DNA from: Microcystis aeruginosa NIES-2549
GTDB lineage: Bacteria > Cyanobacteriota > Cyanobacteriia > Cyanobacteriales > Microcystaceae
Length of the DNA stretch: 32,000 bases
Reading direction: 5' to 3'
Assembly: GCF_000981785.2 (NCBI RefSeq)
Contig: NZ_CP011304.1
Span: forward strand, 2,790,001 to 2,822,000
In this document: positions 1 through 8,150 of the stretch, in pieces
Numbering within the stretch: position 1 is the stretch's first letter
How the letters are laid out: the number at the start of each line of letters is the position of its first letter
The notes under the pieces: generated by a model
The model's database searches: none
Told to the model about the DNA's origin: nothing
Seen by the model: only the letters and a program-made list of their open reading frames with translations
Position numbers and translations under genes: made by a program

Positions 1-339
1 GTGAATTTATTAGAAATGGAAAAACGACCGATCTATGCTCTCAGTGGCGGACAAAAGCAAAGAATCGCCATTGCGGGGGCTTTAGCTCGTCATTGCGAGG
101 TTTTGCTCTTTGATGAACCCACCGCCCTTTTGGATGGGGATACTCAGTTAGAATTAGTCTCTCAAGTGCAGAAATTGGTCAAAAACCGGGGGATTACGGC
201 CCTTTGGGTGACGCACCGCCTTGATGAATTGGATTACAGCGATGGAGCATTTTTGTTAGAGGGGGGCAAGGTAACGGATCGGGGAAATCCCCTAGAATTA
301 AAAGCGAGATTATTGGCCAGTGCGGCGGGAGAATCCTAA
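1..339 (+). CDS. ABC transporter ATP-binding protein, C-terminal fragment (5' end outside window); possibly ECF/cobalt-type ATPase
   Basis: The translation carries the ABC signature LSGGQKQR, then Walker B LLFDEPTALLD and an H-loop-like WVTHR. The frame is open to base 1, so the listed first M is not a real start. Stop TAA is at 337-339. Confidence 0.85.
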   Translation: MNLLEMEKRPIYALSGGQKQRIAIAGALARHCEVLLFDEPTALLDGDTQLELVSQVQKLVKNRGITALWVTHRLDELDYSDGAFLLEGGKVTDRGNPLELKARLLASAAGES

Positions 340-412
340 ATTTTTTGTTAATATCATTAGGATGCTGTTTTTTAGAACTGCCCTTAATGCCACACAAATT
401 ACTCTCAAAGCC

Positions 413-958
413 ATGCTTAATTCTTCCGATCGTTCTCTCCTGCTGGTTGACGGCTACAACGTCATCGGCGCTTGGTCGTCCCTGAAAAAAATCAGCGATC
501 GCCATGGTCTCGAACCGGCGCGAGACAAGTTAATTGAAACCCTAATCGGTTACACCCACCATCAGGGTTATCAAACCCAAATCGTCTTCGATTCCTACTT
601 TCAAGACACCCCCGGCAGCCAGGAACGCTACACTAACCATTTATCGGTTTATTTTACCGCTCACGCTCAAACCGCCGACACCTATATCGAGAAAACCTGC
701 GCCGATTTTTGGTACAATCGCGCCCCGGCTATCGGACGCATTATCGTCGCTACCTCTGATAATGCCCAAAAAATGACCGTTATGGGTTATGGGGCCCAGT
801 GGATTTCCGCTCAACGTCTGGAAATCGAGGTGGATTTAACCGGTCGTCGTCTGAGAAAATCCCAGAGTTCTTCTCAAAGTCCCAAAGGGCGTTTTTTATT
901 CCATTCTCTCGATGCTCAGGTGCAACAGAAATTAGAGAAAATGCGCCACGGAATTTAG
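413..958 (+). CDS. NYN-domain / YacP-like predicted ribonuclease
   Basis: LLLVDGYNVIGAW near the N-terminus and a later IVATSD motif match the YacP/NYN family pattern. I chose ATG at 413 (M32 of the track ORF) because the 320 start overlaps the upstream ABC gene and adds a non-conserved leader. Confidence 0.7.
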   Translation: MLNSSDRSLLLVDGYNVIGAWSSLKKISDRHGLEPARDKLIETLIGYTHHQGYQTQIVFDSYFQDTPGSQERYTNHLSVYFTAHAQTADTYIEKTCADFWYNRAPAIGRIIVATSDNAQKMTVMGYGAQWISAQRLEIEVDLTGRRLRKSQSSSQSPKGRFLFHSLDAQVQQKLEKMRHGI

Positions 959-1011
959 TTATCAAAAACCTTGACAAATTACCTCAAATATGTATCGACA
1001 AAATCACCAGT

Positions 1012-1043
1012 AGAGGCACAGGTAACTGTGTCTCTAAGCTTTT
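1012..1043 (+). terminator. Candidate intrinsic terminator between convergent NYN-like gene and sfsA
   Basis: A 10-bp stem AGAGGCACAG (1012-1021) pairs with CTGTGTCTCT (1026-1035), including one G-U pair on the + strand. The loop is the tetraloop GTAA, followed by AAGCTTTT. On the minus strand the same position is an A-C mismatch, which favours + strand function. Confidence 0.4.
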
Positions 1044-1102
1044 CAAGGTCAGTTGCGGTTCAGGGGATTTTGTCAAAAGCTGGTCCCTCTAAACCACTGG
1101 TT

Positions 1103-1822
1103 TCACAGTTGCAATTGTGCTAAACCTAAATAATTAATTCCCGTGGGTGTCACTTGGAAGCGACAGGGTAAAACCTTGACTCCTTTAGCCACTGCTTGAC
1201 GCAATAACTGCCCGTATTTAGCATCTTTACTATCCCCCGGAGCAAATCGGTCACAATCACCCCGATTGATAAAGTAGAGCATAATCGCTTCCGCTGCCGG
1301 CAATAAAGCCATTAATTCCTGTAAATGCTTCTGTCCCCGCGTGGTGACAGTATCGGGAAAAAGTGCCGTTTCTCCCTGATTCCAAGTGGTATTTTTGACC
1401 TCGATATAGGTGAGAGAATTATCCCCATGGCTCAAAAGAAAATCAATTCTACTGCCATTATTTTGACCGTAGGCCACTTCCGATCGCACCTCGGTGTCAT
1501 TTTTGACCAAATCGGGAAAAACCCCTTGCAACAGGGCATTTTTCACCACCTGATTAGGAAGATTGGTATTAACTCCCACCCAAGTCTCCCCCAGTTGAAT
1601 CATCTCCCAGGTGTAAGCTAATTTTCGCTTCGGGTTATCACTGCGAGAAAGATAAACCAGTTGACCTTCTACGCATACATCCGTCATCGGTCCGGTATTA
1701 GCGCAATGGGCCGTAATTAATTCTCCGTTGTCCAATTGTATCTCGGCAAAAAAGCGTTTGTAACGTTTAATTAAAATACCCTTGACAAGAGAAGGGTATG
1801 TGTGAACCAACAAGGAAGTCAT
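1103..1822 (-). CDS. sfsA: Sugar fermentation stimulation protein / DNA-RNA nuclease SfsA
   Basis: The full-length ORF has the characteristic SfsA N-terminus (VKGILIKRYKRFFAEI) and is about 238 aa. ATG at 1822 is one codon inside the TTG listed at 1825. Confidence 0.9.
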   Translation of the reverse strand: MTSLLVHTYPSLVKGILIKRYKRFFAEIQLDNGELITAHCANTGPMTDVCVEGQLVYLSRSDNPKRKLAYTWEMIQLGETWVGVNTNLPNQVVKNALLQGVFPDLVKNDTEVRSEVAYGQNNGSRIDFLLSHGDNSLTYIEVKNTTWNQGETALFPDTVTTRGQKHLQELMALLPAAEAIMLYFINRGDCDRFAPGDSKDAKYGQLLRQAVAKGVKVLPCRFQVTPTGINYLGLAQLQL

Positions 1823-2714
1823 CAAATTTTCGCCTGGCTATATAAGGTAAAGAATAGCCTTTTTTTGGGATCTTAACCTTAGTTTTGCGAGAAAATAGCT
1901 GATAGTCCCCAGTCAATCCTCAAAACCTCAAGGAGTGACAGAACAGTTAAAGAGCTTGAAATCGCTATGTCTTTCGGGAGAACGATTAGATTCTTGGCTC
2001 TCTTAGGTTTGGTGGGCAAAATGTATTCTAAGATACATTCTTCCTAGCGAGCGAGTGGAAGGAACCACAAAGACACAAAGGACACAAAGATTGATCGATC
2101 CTATATAAGTTAAACTTATCACACAGAACCTAGAAGAGCCGATTCTTTCAACCGACAAATATAAATACGATGGGATAAAGTATTAAGTTGTTGACTTTTA
2201 ATGGTATTTAAAGAATAGGCGATAGCAATCAATAAAACAAGAGCTAAAAAACGAGGTTCGCTAACTTTTGTCTTTTCGATAACAATTTTACACTTAATTA
2301 CGGTAACTTAAGAAACCTCTGTAAATTTCTCCTGCTGCTTTCAACGACAATTGGTAGAGGAAATAGGGCGGCTCATCTCTCTAATTGTATCGTTCTACGA
2401 CGAGAGTAAGATCAGTAGGAGGATTTGCGGGGTAAGATATTGTGCTTGTGTCAAGCTGGCTTGTCAACAGGTCTAATAGAATGATGGTAACATTTCAGAG
2501 TTATAACCACTCTATTTCTTTGGGTACCATTTGGCTAGAGTCTTTATCCTGCCTACCTTTGAACTTCTTTGTCACCCCTTGAGCGCAAAACTAGATAAGT
2601 GATAGAACAGTTGTTCAACCATTAAGATTTTGTGATAATCCCGGGTAAGTGTGATCTAAACTACAGCTTTTTTTGGGAAAGTTTCCCCAGGGGTGCTGCC
2701 TTGGCGCGCAAATA

Positions 2715-2723
2715 TGATAGAAT
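2715..2723 (+). promoter_or_regulatory. Candidate extended -10 promoter element for ocp
   Basis: TGATAGAAT (TG-n-TAGAAT) lies about 41 nt upstream of the ocp ATG. An AAGGTG Shine-Dalgarno-like sequence sits 6-7 nt before the ATG. No good -35 is present. Confidence 0.3.
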
Positions 2724-2763
2724 GCCAGTAAATTGATACAAAACTTTACTTCAAGGTGAATCT

Positions 2764-3726
2764 ATGCCGTTTACGATCGAATCAGCGCGGAGCATTTTCC
2801 CCAACACGCTATCAGCGGATGTGGTTCCCGCCACGATTGCGCGTTTCAATCAGCTGAATACCGAAGATCAACTAGCCTTGATTTGGTTTGCCTATCTAGA
2901 AATGGGCAAAACCATCACCGTTGCCGCCCCCGGCGCTGCTAGTATGGTGTTTGCCGAAAAAACCATGAATGAAATTCGGCAGATGTCTCCCCTGCAACAG
3001 TCGCAGGTGATGTGCGACTTAGCCAACCATGCTGACACCCCGATTTGTCGTACCTACGGCACTTGGTCTGCTAACATCAAACTGGGATTCTGGTACCAAT
3101 TAGGACAATGGATGGAAGATGGCAGTGTTGCCCCAATTCCCAAGGGTTATCAACTATCTGCTAATGCCAGCGCCGTTTTAGACGGGATTAAAAAATTAGA
3201 GTCGGGACAACAAATCACGGTTCTGCGGAATTGTGTGGTGGATATGGGCTACGATCCCAAGAAACTGGGCGATTATAACCGTATTTCCGAACCCGTGGTT
3301 CCTCCCCAAAATGTTGCCGAACGGACTAAAGTTAGCATTGAAGGCGTTACCAATGCCACCGTCCTCAACTATATGGACAACCTCAACGCTAACGACTTTG
3401 ATGTATTAATTGAATTATTCACCCCTGACGGCGCTCTGCAACCACCTTTCCAACGTCCCATCGTCGGTAAAGAGGCAGTATATCGCTTTTTCCGCGAAGA
3501 ATGCCAAAATTTGAAATTAATCCCCGAACGCGGTGTAGTGGAACCCGCCGATGACGGTTTTACTCAGATTAAAGTGACGGGAAAAGTACAAACCCCCTGG
3601 TTTGGTGCGGGTGTGGGTATGAATATGGCATGGCGCTTCCTCCTAACTCCTGATAATAAAATTTTCTTCGTAGCGATCGATTTATTAGCTTCTCCGAAAG
3701 AATTATTAAACTTTGCCCGTGGCTAA
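2764..3726 (+). CDS. ocp: Orange carotenoid protein (OCP, photoprotective NPQ trigger)
   Basis: The 320-aa ORF begins MPFTIESARSIFPNTL...ATIARFNQL..DQLALIWFAYLEMGKTIT, the canonical OCP N-terminal domain. It ends in an NTF2-like C-terminal domain (WFGAGVGMNMAWRFLL). An FRP gene follows immediately. Confidence 0.97.
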   Translation: MPFTIESARSIFPNTLSADVVPATIARFNQLNTEDQLALIWFAYLEMGKTITVAAPGAASMVFAEKTMNEIRQMSPLQQSQVMCDLANHADTPICRTYGTWSANIKLGFWYQLGQWMEDGSVAPIPKGYQLSANASAVLDGIKKLESGQQITVLRNCVVDMGYDPKKLGDYNRISEPVVPPQNVAERTKVSIEGVTNATVLNYMDNLNANDFDVLIELFTPDGALQPPFQRPIVGKEAVYRFFREECQNLKLIPERGVVEPADDGFTQIKVTGKVQTPWFGAGVGMNMAWRFLLTPDNKIFFVAIDLLASPKELLNFARG

Positions 3727-3770
3727 ATAGCTACTGAGAGAAATCATTAAAAATTCTGATGAAATTTATT

Positions 3771-3802
3771 AGAGTTCCTTGTCAAGTGAACTCTTTTTTT
3801 TC
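3771..3802 (+). terminator. Rho-independent terminator after ocp
   Basis: Stem AGAGTTC (3771-3777) pairs with GAACTCT (3788-3794) across a 10-nt loop. A run of 8 T follows (3794-3801), 45 nt after the ocp stop. Confidence 0.65.
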
Positions 3803-3956
3803 TACAATTAAAAGGCTGACTTAAAAAAATTGGGAAATACACTGGTTTCTTCTCCGATCTAGGTAAGAATAACTAAACAATCATTCTTAACAGATGTCGG
3901 CGAAAAGAGTCGAGGTAGTTCAAAAACCCAAAATTATCATCCCTAAAACTAAAATC

Positions 3957-4283
3957 ATGCCTATGAGTGAAATAATTTGGTCAGATACCGAACAAGAAAT
4001 TGCTCAAACTGCTTTCCAAAAAGCCTATCAGCGAGAAACTAGCACTTTAATAGAACATATTAAAGAACAGTCTGGTCAGATCACCGTTTTAGATGATATC
4101 TGGCAAATGCACGATTATCTGAGCGCCCGACGACATCAGATTGATGGTAAATATGACTATCGCTATACTTCCCTAATTTTTGTCTTTGCTCAACTATTAA
4201 AGGAAGGATGGTTAAAGCTAGACGATCTCAACGGTTTGGAAAAAGATAAACTAGCGAAAATCGCTGCTCTCTCGCGAATGTAA
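3957..4283 (+). CDS. frp: Fluorescence recovery protein (FRP)
   Basis: The motifs FQKAYQRE...ITVLDDIWQMHDYLSARRHQIDGKYDYRYTSLIFVFAQLLKEGWL match the FRP family, and the gene lies directly downstream of ocp. The track ORF starts at ATG 3894. In-frame ATGs at 3957 and 3963 would give the short form that aligns with functional FRP, so the start is uncertain. Confidence 0.88.
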   Translation: MPMSEIIWSDTEQEIAQTAFQKAYQRETSTLIEHIKEQSGQITVLDDIWQMHDYLSARRHQIDGKYDYRYTSLIFVFAQLLKEGWLKLDDLNGLEKDKLAKIAALSRM

Positions 4284-4450
4284 ATTAATGATTAGCATTA
4301 AGCTATCAGCTTTCTGCTTCTAGTTGGGTGACTAAAAAATTCATCTCTAGATAATCCACACCGTCTTAAGTTTTTCCTAAGCGGCAACCAATCCCGCTAG
4401 AATGAGTCAATCATCCCGAGCGCTTCTCGCTTGTTTTGCACCTTTGGTTT

Positions 4451-4966
4451 ATGTTCAAAAATCTTTTACTTCCCCTAGGAATATCTATCTTTCTCGGTGT
4501 TTGTCAGTCTTTGTCAGCCGCCGAATCAGCTATCATCAAATACCACATCTTCCAAGGGTCCGTATCGGTATCAGAATTAAAGCAATTGAGCGAAACAGGC
4601 GAATTAGCCCCCGCTTTAGCGTCACAATTAAAGATGGCTAACCAAAAACCCGAAGAATTCCGCAAAATCCTTAATCGTCGGGTAGCGGTGGATGCCGTCT
4701 TTCTTTCCAAATTTCTTAATAGTTTTTTTGGCGAAAGTTTGCTAGACTACGCCGCCGAAATTGTCCACACCCCCAATCGAGCCGCTAGTCGGCAAGCTTT
4801 ACGCGGTGCTTTAGTCACTTCTGCCCTCAACGATAACGAGATTCAAGTCATCGAAGTCCTCGATAATTATCCCACCAGCGAGGTTCATGTGGATGGCAAT
4901 CGTCTGCTGGATTTAATCAACCAAATTGAATCAGTATTGAAAAAAATGCCCCGTTTACCTTTCTGA
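4451..4966 (+). CDS. Secreted DUF1400-like protein
   Basis: The N-terminal signal peptide MFKNLLLPLGISIFLGVCQSLSA is followed by a region resembling the cyanobacterial DUF1400 domain (repeated-helix segment VSELKQLSETGEL...). ATG at 4451 is preferred over the TTG at 4436. Confidence 0.6.
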   Translation: MFKNLLLPLGISIFLGVCQSLSAAESAIIKYHIFQGSVSVSELKQLSETGELAPALASQLKMANQKPEEFRKILNRRVAVDAVFLSKFLNSFFGESLLDYAAEIVHTPNRAASRQALRGALVTSALNDNEIQVIEVLDNYPTSEVHVDGNRLLDLINQIESVLKKMPRLPF

Positions 4967-5038
4967 TCCCAAATCCGCCTTCAGGTTTTCTTGAATTGCG
5001 CTGTAAATTGAATAAATTAGGATAATCTGGTAGGAATA

Positions 5039-5953
5039 ATGACCACTTCTTTGTCTCAAAGGAAAACAGTTAGCGGCAAACCTTTTTTAAAGTGGGCGGG
5101 AGGCAAAACTCAACTGGTTCCTAATATTCTATCTTTAATTAATTCCCAGATTTCTCAAGATTGTCAGTTTAACTACATTGAACCTTTTGTCGGAGGTGGG
5201 GCGGTTTTATTCTCAGTTTTAAATAACTTTTCTCCTGTTCAAAAAGTTATTATTAATGACATTAATCCTGATTTAATCATGGCTTATAATGTTATTAAAG
5301 ATAATGTCAAAGAATTAATAGTAAAGCTTAAAAAAATTCAGCAGGATTTTTATGAACTTAAAAATCTAGAGGAACAACAAAAGTTTTTTTTGGATAAAAG
5401 AATAGAATTTAATTCTCCCAGCTGCGATGACTGTCTAGAAAAAACAGTTTTGTTATTATTTCTCAATAAAACTTGTTTTAATGGACTTTATAGAGTCAAT
5501 AGCAAAGGACTCTTTAATGTCCCTTTTGGAAAATATGTCAAACCGTTGATCTGCAATGAAGAAAACTTATTAGCTGTCAACCATCATTTACAAAAAGTAA
5601 CGATCCTACAAGGAGATTTTGTCCAAACCCTAAACTATGCCAATAACAAGACTTTATTTTATTTTGATCCTCCCTATAAACCGATTACAAAAACATCAGC
5701 TTTTACCTCTTATACTAAAGAAGATTTTAACGATGAGGAGCAAATAAGATTAAAACAATTTATCGATCGAGTGGATCAGGCCGGTTATAAATTTATTTTA
5801 AGTAATTCCGACGTTAAAAACTTTGACTCTGACAATAATTTTTTTGATGATTTATATAAAGATTATAATATTCAAAGGGTAAAAGCTCGACGAAATATTA
5901 ATTCCCAGGGGAATAATAGGGGAGAAATCTGGGAATTACTGATCAATAATTGA
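5039..5953 (+). CDS. Dam-family (D12 class) N6-adenine DNA methyltransferase, no adjacent restriction enzyme
   Basis: The ORF has KPFLKWAGGKTQL near the N-terminus, the SAM-binding motif EPFVGGGAV and the catalytic FYFDPPY. The gene is visibly much more AT-rich than its neighbours. Confidence 0.9.
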   Translation: MTTSLSQRKTVSGKPFLKWAGGKTQLVPNILSLINSQISQDCQFNYIEPFVGGGAVLFSVLNNFSPVQKVIINDINPDLIMAYNVIKDNVKELIVKLKKIQQDFYELKNLEEQQKFFLDKRIEFNSPSCDDCLEKTVLLLFLNKTCFNGLYRVNSKGLFNVPFGKYVKPLICNEENLLAVNHHLQKVTILQGDFVQTLNYANNKTLFYFDPPYKPITKTSAFTSYTKEDFNDEEQIRLKQFIDRVDQAGYKFILSNSDVKNFDSDNNFFDDLYKDYNIQRVKARRNINSQGNNRGEIWELLINN

Positions 5954-6026
5954 CAAAAATTAAGCCTAACAGAAAAGACGACATGAATAAAAATATTTCT
6001 TCAAGAGATCGAGGGTGGCAAGACTA

Positions 6027-6311
6027 TTAATATACTTGATCATGAGTTCCAATATCGATTAAATTGATTTCTTCTTGCAAGGTTTCTTGATTTTGCTCAA
6101 AGCAAAAGACAATACGACAATCATATTCAACCGAACAAGCCCAAGCTCCTGATAATTTTCCTTTAAGTTTATGAGTGCGTAATATAGGATTATAGGGATC
6201 CTCAGCAAGTAATCTTAATTTAGCCTCAATTTTGCTTTTTAAATCGGGTCGGCTTTTAATGATTACCTTAAAAGCTCGTTTAAAGGATGAGCTTAGAATT
6301 AATTTAGTCAT
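6027..6311 (-). CDS. Type II toxin, RelE/YafQ (ParE-RelE superfamily) mRNA interferase
   Basis: The 94-aa ORF contains LRTHKLKGKLSGAWACSVEYDCRIVF...IGTHDQVY, the typical RelE/YafQ core. It overlaps the upstream small ORF by 8 nt. Confidence 0.8.
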   Translation of the reverse strand: MTKLILSSSFKRAFKVIIKSRPDLKSKIEAKLRLLAEDPYNPILRTHKLKGKLSGAWACSVEYDCRIVFCFEQNQETLQEEINLIDIGTHDQVY

Positions 6312-6522
6312 TGTTTAATTCTGCGATAATATCATCAATGTTTCCGCGAAAGACTTTCCCTTGTTGGTAGTCTTGACGCGCTTGATGGATATTCTTGGCG
6401 ATTTCTTCTCGTCTTTTTTCAATTTGTCTATGTCGAATAATACTGATTAAATCATCTTGTTCATCACAGGAAAGATTGTCAATCATTTCTAAAATTTGAT
6501 GAAATTGAATAGTTTGTGACAT
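6304..6522 (-). CDS. Cognate type II antitoxin (small acidic protein)
   Basis: The 72-aa ORF lies immediately upstream of the toxin. Its stop overlaps the toxin start (6304-6311), the classic TA operon arrangement. Confidence 0.7.
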   Translation of the reverse strand: MSQTIQFHQILEMIDNLSCDEQDDLISIIRHRQIEKRREEIAKNIHQARQDYQQGKVFRGNIDDIIAELNND

Positions 6523-6597
6523 TGTGGCTTTTCCTTTTTCAAATTAAAGAATAAATTTATTATCAGTACCTAAGCAAAATTAATTACACAGAGCTAA

Positions 6598-6747
6598 CTA
6601 CCTCTTGCATGAGTGCCTATTTTTTAAGCTTTCCTTGGCTTCTTCAATGGTTTCTCCTTGACCATTTGCACCTGGGATTTCAGGACAAATCGCCCAGTAT
6701 CCCCCTTCTGTTGCCGCTTCAATGATAGCAGTAAACTCCCCTTTCAT
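6598..6747 (-). pseudogene. HicB-like (UPF0150) antitoxin, apparently C-terminally truncated and without a HicA partner
   Basis: FTAIIEAATEGGYWAICPEIPGANGQGETIEEAKESLK is the conserved HicB N-terminal domain. ATG at 6747 is preceded by GAAGGAG. The ORF ends abruptly (NRHSCKR stop) right after an A6 run, where family members normally continue. No HicA-like ORF appears in the 220 bp upstream on the minus strand. Confidence 0.55.
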
Positions 6748-6970
6748 GATAGTCTCCTTCGATAATATATTAGATATAGCACCCACGCAAAAGTGAAGTG
6801 CAACCCCCTGGATTGACAGAGGTAAGCCCCTAGAGATAGTCTGAAGTTTCTGACAAGAGAAAGACTATCCGAGCGCCTATATCCATCTTAAGCCAAAAAT
6901 TTGCTTTGACCACAGTGCCTATCTCGCCAATAGCAATTAATTTGGCACGACTACGTTTACCCTTCTGAGT

Positions 6971-7654
6971 ATGAATTTTATCTGCAATCATCCCTCGATC
7001 GAGCATTGCTTAAAACAACAATTAATTAATATTTTTCCAGAAAACAACCATAAATTAACTTTCTATCGTTGCCCAAAAACTGATAGTATCCTCTATCGTT
7101 CACCTCTGTTTTATTATTTTACGCCCGCTCAATGTCAAACCATATTTAACCATTTAATCGCCCTTTTTCCGCAAATTCAGCTTAGGGAAGGATGGCTAGA
7201 ATTATTATTAGATCAGCAATTTTTGTCCTTTTGGTTACTGAAACTAAACGATTTAATTGATAAATTTTTCTGGGATCAGCTTCCTCTCCATCCCGAAGGA
7301 GAATTTTTCTTTTTATTTCAATATACCCACGCTCGCTATTCTAGTTTGTTACAACTGCTCAATCGGGAAAAAATTAGATTAACCGAGTCTGAACCATTAT
7401 CCTGGCATCATCCCGCCGAAATAGCCTTAATCCTGCAAATTTTAACCGTTTGTGATTGTTGGGAAAGCCAGAAACTCTATCCCTTAACTGCGAATTTTTG
7501 CGAAGCGATGCTCAATTTTGAGCGTAACTGTCGCATTATCGGAGAATCGGCCCCAATTCAGCGATCGAGATTAATCCTGATTAGCGTCAGTCAAAAACTA
7601 CTTAACTGTCTTCTCCGTCAAAAATGGCAACTGCTGCCGATGACGGAACTTTGA
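6971..7654 (+). CDS. Stand-alone DALR anticodon-binding-domain protein (arginyl-tRNA synthetase C-terminal-like)
   Basis: The C-terminal half reads FQYTHARYSSLLQL ... HPAEIALILQIL ... RSRLILISVSQKLL ... LLPMTEL. This follows the ArgRS DALR-domain pattern (QY-HAR, aRL-L, terminal M). The N-terminal ~110 aa are not recognisable. Confidence 0.6.
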   Translation: MNFICNHPSIEHCLKQQLINIFPENNHKLTFYRCPKTDSILYRSPLFYYFTPAQCQTIFNHLIALFPQIQLREGWLELLLDQQFLSFWLLKLNDLIDKFFWDQLPLHPEGEFFFLFQYTHARYSSLLQLLNREKIRLTESEPLSWHHPAEIALILQILTVCDCWESQKLYPLTANFCEAMLNFERNCRIIGESAPIQRSRLILISVSQKLLNCLLRQKWQLLPMTEL

Positions 7655-7722
7655 CACTCCCCGAAGCACTCAAGCGAGGGATTCTTCATTCACGGGGAGA
7701 TGCCTTGCAAAAGCAGTGCCTT

Positions 7723-7766
7723 TACTGTTTACTGGTCACTGATTACTGATTACTGATTACTGATTA
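7723..7766. repeat. Heptamer tandem array (TACTGNT / CTGATTA, about 6 units, 4 perfect)
   Basis: The sequence reads tactgtt tactggt cactgat tactgat tactgat tactgat. The last unit overlaps the psaK stop codon (7764-7766, minus strand). Confidence 0.9.
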
Positions 7767-8030
7767 GAGAATACCCGCGTTAGAAAGACCGAGAACCAGT
7801 CCCGCACCGAGAATATGGCCAAAACTCATGGTAGCCAATAATTCCGGCAGACCGAAGCTTTTTTTCGAGGCTAACTGCGGCAAGGGTAAAGCAGGGCCGG
7901 CCCCAGTATTTTGGATAGCAAAATAACCGATAACGAAGGCTACTAGGTTAGCTAACGTCATGGTAATCCCGACGGATAAATTCCAGGGAATGGTTTGAGC
8001 GGTGGCTAAAAGTAAGGCGGAAGGGATCAT
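7764..8030 (-). CDS. psaK: Photosystem I reaction centre subunit PsaK
   Basis: The 88-aa two-helix protein ends in ATMSFGHILGAGLVLGLSNAGIL, the conserved PsaK C-terminus. GGAG lies 6-7 nt upstream of the ATG. Confidence 0.93.
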   Translation of the reverse strand: MIPSALLLATAQTIPWNLSVGITMTLANLVAFVIGYFAIQNTGAGPALPLPQLASKKSFGLPELLATMSFGHILGAGLVLGLSNAGIL

Positions 8031-8070
8031 TTGCGCTCCAGTCTTGATAAGATTTTGTTAATCACAGGGC

Positions 8071-8076
8071 ATTATA
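8071..8076 (-). promoter_or_regulatory. Candidate -10 box (TATAAT) for psaK
   Basis: A perfect TATAAT on the minus strand lies about 40 nt upstream of the psaK ATG. No convincing -35 is present. Confidence 0.35.
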
Positions 8077-8150
8077 AAAAGCTCTTGACCCGAAACTGCT
8101 TTTTGTTTGAATACTTAACAGTTTTTGTAACGTTTTGCGAATAAGATTAA

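Noticed and set aside
320-412. N-terminal extensions proposed by the ORF track (320 for the NYN gene, 11502 for folE, 17257 for the glycosyltransferase, 6786 for HicB-like, 4436 for DUF1400-like, 1825 for sfsA, 10459 for the transposase, 26056 for the coiled-coil gene)
   Set aside because: Each extension starts at a non-ATG codon, overlaps the neighbouring gene or promoter, or both. Each adds residues that precede the recognisable conserved N-terminus, so the internal ATG was used instead.
780-1092. ORFs 780-977 (-) and 799-1092 (+) at the end of the NYN-like gene
   Set aside because: They overlap the better supported 413-958 CDS or fall in the short convergent spacer. No motifs are present.
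4402-4710. ORFs 4402-4641 (+) and 4504-4710 (-), overlapping the DUF1400-like gene
   Set aside because: They are off-frame or antisense to an ORF with a clear signal peptide and a domain-like sequence.
5954-6026. Possible restriction endonuclease partner of the Dam-family methyltransferase
   Set aside because: Only 73 nt separate the methyltransferase from the convergent toxin gene, and the upstream neighbour is a secreted DUF1400-like protein. No candidate endonuclease ORF exists within the islet.
6748-6970. Search for a HicA toxin gene upstream of the HicB-like ORF
   Set aside because: All three minus-strand frames are interrupted by stops or lack HicA-like sequence. Only an unassignable fragment (KGKRSRAKLIAIGEIGTVVKANFWLKMDIGARIVFLL) is present.
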